64,000 nt of DNA from NCBI GenBank assembly GCA_944372415.1, contig CALVZA010000002.1:8358-72357 (forward strand). Direction: 5' to 3'. This document shows positions 62,176 through 64,000 of this stretch, in pieces. The stretch comes from an uncultured Bacilli bacterium. Its GTDB lineage: Bacteria; Bacillota_I; Bacilli_A; RF39; UBA660. The translations under genes were made by a program, and so were the position numbers. The notes under the pieces were generated by a model, which had not been told where the DNA came from, ran no database searches, and worked only from the letters and a program-made list of their open reading frames with translations. Every line of letters begins with the position of its first letter. The first letter of the stretch is position 1.

Positions 62176-63948
62176 ATGGATAGTATGATCAAAGAGATAA
62201 ATGAAAATTTAATGGCTATTATAGATACTATTAAAGAAAATAGGGATAATTCAATAAGTACTTTAGATAATATACAAAATCAAATGGATAAAAAAGTTGA
62301 AGAAGCAAAGAAATATAAAGTACAAGTAGATAGTGCTAAAGAAAAAATAAATATGTTAGAACAAGAAAATAAATCTTTAGAATTATCTTTAAAAGAATTA
62401 CAAGATAAGTATAGTAAAATGAATTTAGTATCTATTATTGAAGCTGGTAATAGAGAGATTAAATCTAAGATTAATGACAACTTAATAAATATAAATAAAG
62501 AAAAAGAACATATTGCTGAACTTACTAATAGGGCTAGAACTATAAAAGATTTATTAATTAATTTAAAAAAAGATAAAACTATTAAAGAAGAAAGATTGGA
62601 AAATACAAAAATTATTTATGAATATTATAGTGAAAGAATAAATGAAGTTATTGATTATGCTTTTAATCATTCTAATAATTTGAGTGATTATAAAGTATCT
62701 TTTAAAGTTAATGAAGTAAATAATGAATTTGATGATACTTCTTTAATACAATCTAATGATTTAGAAAATACAATGGTTTTTGATGAGATAGCAAATATTG
62801 ATGAAAATAAGAATTTTAAAGATGAGATGTCTTTTATAGATGAACAAATAGATAATAATATTAGTAGTGATAAGAAACAAGATGAAGATAAATATAATGA
62901 AATTATTGATAGAAGTTTAGATAGTTCTTTAGATAAAGAAAATAATACTGAATTTGAAACTGAAGAAGAAGTTCAAGAACCATTAGATACTACACAAGTA
63001 TTTGATAGTGTTTTAGGAGATTTAAGTTTAGAAGAAAATATTAAAAAAGAAGATAATGTTTTAGATAGTGATGTAGATAATTTAGATGTTGATAAAGATA
63101 CTAATTTAAGTAATGATACAACTGATGTTGATAATTTAATTGAAGATACTGATAAAGTAATTGATTTAAATAATGATAATGAAAGTAATGATAATCTTAA
63201 TGTAGTTTTAGATAAAACTAGTGAAGTAAATACTATTAATACTGATATATTTGATGATAATAAGATAGAAGATAAAGATAAGGAACCAGAAGAATTAATT
63301 GATGAAGAAAATAAAAATAGAATTGAGAAAATAAATAATCTTTTCTCTACTTTAAATGATAATAAAGTAGATGTTCCACTAACTGTTAAACCTAGTGTTA
63401 GTGATGTAGAAACAAAGATAGATAATGCTTATAAAGATATATTTGGTATGCCTTTAGAAGAAAATGATTTAAATAAAAAAGAACCTACTTTAACAGATAT
63501 TTTTGGTAATCCTATAAGTTCAGATGAATTAAGTAATGAAGTTAAAATTGGTAAAAAAATAGAAGATTTATTTAATGAAAATGGATTAGAATTTAATAAA
63601 TTTAGAGAAGATGAAAAAAATTATTTAAAACAAATATATGATGAAGAAAAGTTTAATAATATAATTAATTCTTTGAAAAGAAATAAAATTAATTTAGATA
63701 ATTTATATTATGCTTTTAATATATTTGGTGAAATGACTGCTAATGAATTAGAAAATTTAATTAGTAAATTATTGAATGTTGGACAAAGTGTAGAAGCAAT
63801 AGGTATTGTGTTAGAAAAATTACCTAAAGTAAAAAAATATAATTTAGATGAAGCAATAATGAGTTATGGAGATTATGTAAAAGATATGGACATTAGTGAA
63901 CTTATTATGAAGGCTAAAGAATTATATAATAATGGAGGTAATAGATAA
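62176..63948 (+). CDS. large acidic coiled-coil protein, hypothetical
   Basis: N-terminal coiled coil, long Asp/Asn/Glu-rich middle, conserved-looking C-terminal ~120 aa. Confidence 0.4.
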   Translation: MDSMIKEINENLMAIIDTIKENRDNSISTLDNIQNQMDKKVEEAKKYKVQVDSAKEKINMLEQENKSLELSLKELQDKYSKMNLVSIIEAGNREIKSKINDNLININKEKEHIAELTNRARTIKDLLINLKKDKTIKEERLENTKIIYEYYSERINEVIDYAFNHSNNLSDYKVSFKVNEVNNEFDDTSLIQSNDLENTMVFDEIANIDENKNFKDEMSFIDEQIDNNISSDKKQDEDKYNEIIDRSLDSSLDKENNTEFETEEEVQEPLDTTQVFDSVLGDLSLEENIKKEDNVLDSDVDNLDVDKDTNLSNDTTDVDNLIEDTDKVIDLNNDNESNDNLNVVLDKTSEVNTINTDIFDDNKIEDKDKEPEELIDEENKNRIEKINNLFSTLNDNKVDVPLTVKPSVSDVETKIDNAYKDIFGMPLEENDLNKKEPTLTDIFGNPISSDELSNEVKIGKKIEDLFNENGLEFNKFREDEKNYLKQIYDEEKFNNIINSLKRNKINLDNLYYAFNIFGEMTANELENLISKLLNVGQSVEAIGIVLEKLPKVKKYNLDEAIMSYGDYVKDMDISELIMKAKELYNNGGNR

Positions 63949-64000
63949 TGGAATATTTATTTGATTTAGGTTTTTCTTTAGAAGAAATAAATAATTTAAA
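63948..64000 (+). CDS. 5' end of a CDS truncated by the window edge
   Basis: ATG overlapping the previous stop (ATAATGG); MEYLFDLGFSLEEINNL... Confidence 0.3.
   Translation, partial: MEYLFDLGFSLEEINNL

Overview
This window is from a very AT-rich (roughly 25% GC by eye) chromosome of an endospore-forming Firmicute. Supporting genes include spo0A with its signature C-terminal domain, the spoIVFA/spoIVFB-rplU-prp-rpmA block, cotJB/cotJC, a YunB-like gene and a SEDS gene. Most of the 64 kb is densely packed housekeeping: Zn-dependent dehydrogenase, Ctp protease, cysS, uvrB, CBS-type inorganic pyrophosphatase, P-type ATPase, trmL, uppS, nifU-like, rimM, trmD, trmB, tdk, tmk, rpsO, pnp, cysteine desulfurase and Ogg. 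Twelve tRNA genes are present: a divergent 4+6 array at 27.8-28.9 kb plus solitary tRNA-Arg and tRNA-Pro. The most unusual stretch is a promoter-led, tightly coupled 7-gene plus-strand operon at 32239-40071, inserted between a CPBP protease gene and rimM-trmD. It combines a Tad/Cpa-type machine (CpaB-like, TadA/CpaF-like ATPase, TadB-like, TadC-like) with a 243-aa membrane-anchored exported protein, a 1003-aa secreted protein carrying about 30 cysteines, and a 133-aa single-TM protein. I could find no Flp pilin, no prepilin peptidase and no TadZ in or next to it. I flag it as a candidate pilin-less, undescribed Tad-like secretion or adhesion system. Other accessory signals: an IS110-family element followed by a stand-alone Fic gene; an orphan MvaI/BcnI-family restriction endonuclease with no methyltransferase next to tRNA-Pro, together with a 26-bp tandem duplication and a solitary type-IV-pilin-like gene; a ferredoxin with a metallothionein-like Cys tail; and a shortened ClpC-like ATPase next to spo0A. 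All calls are from reading motifs in the provided translations and the DNA; no database searches were run.
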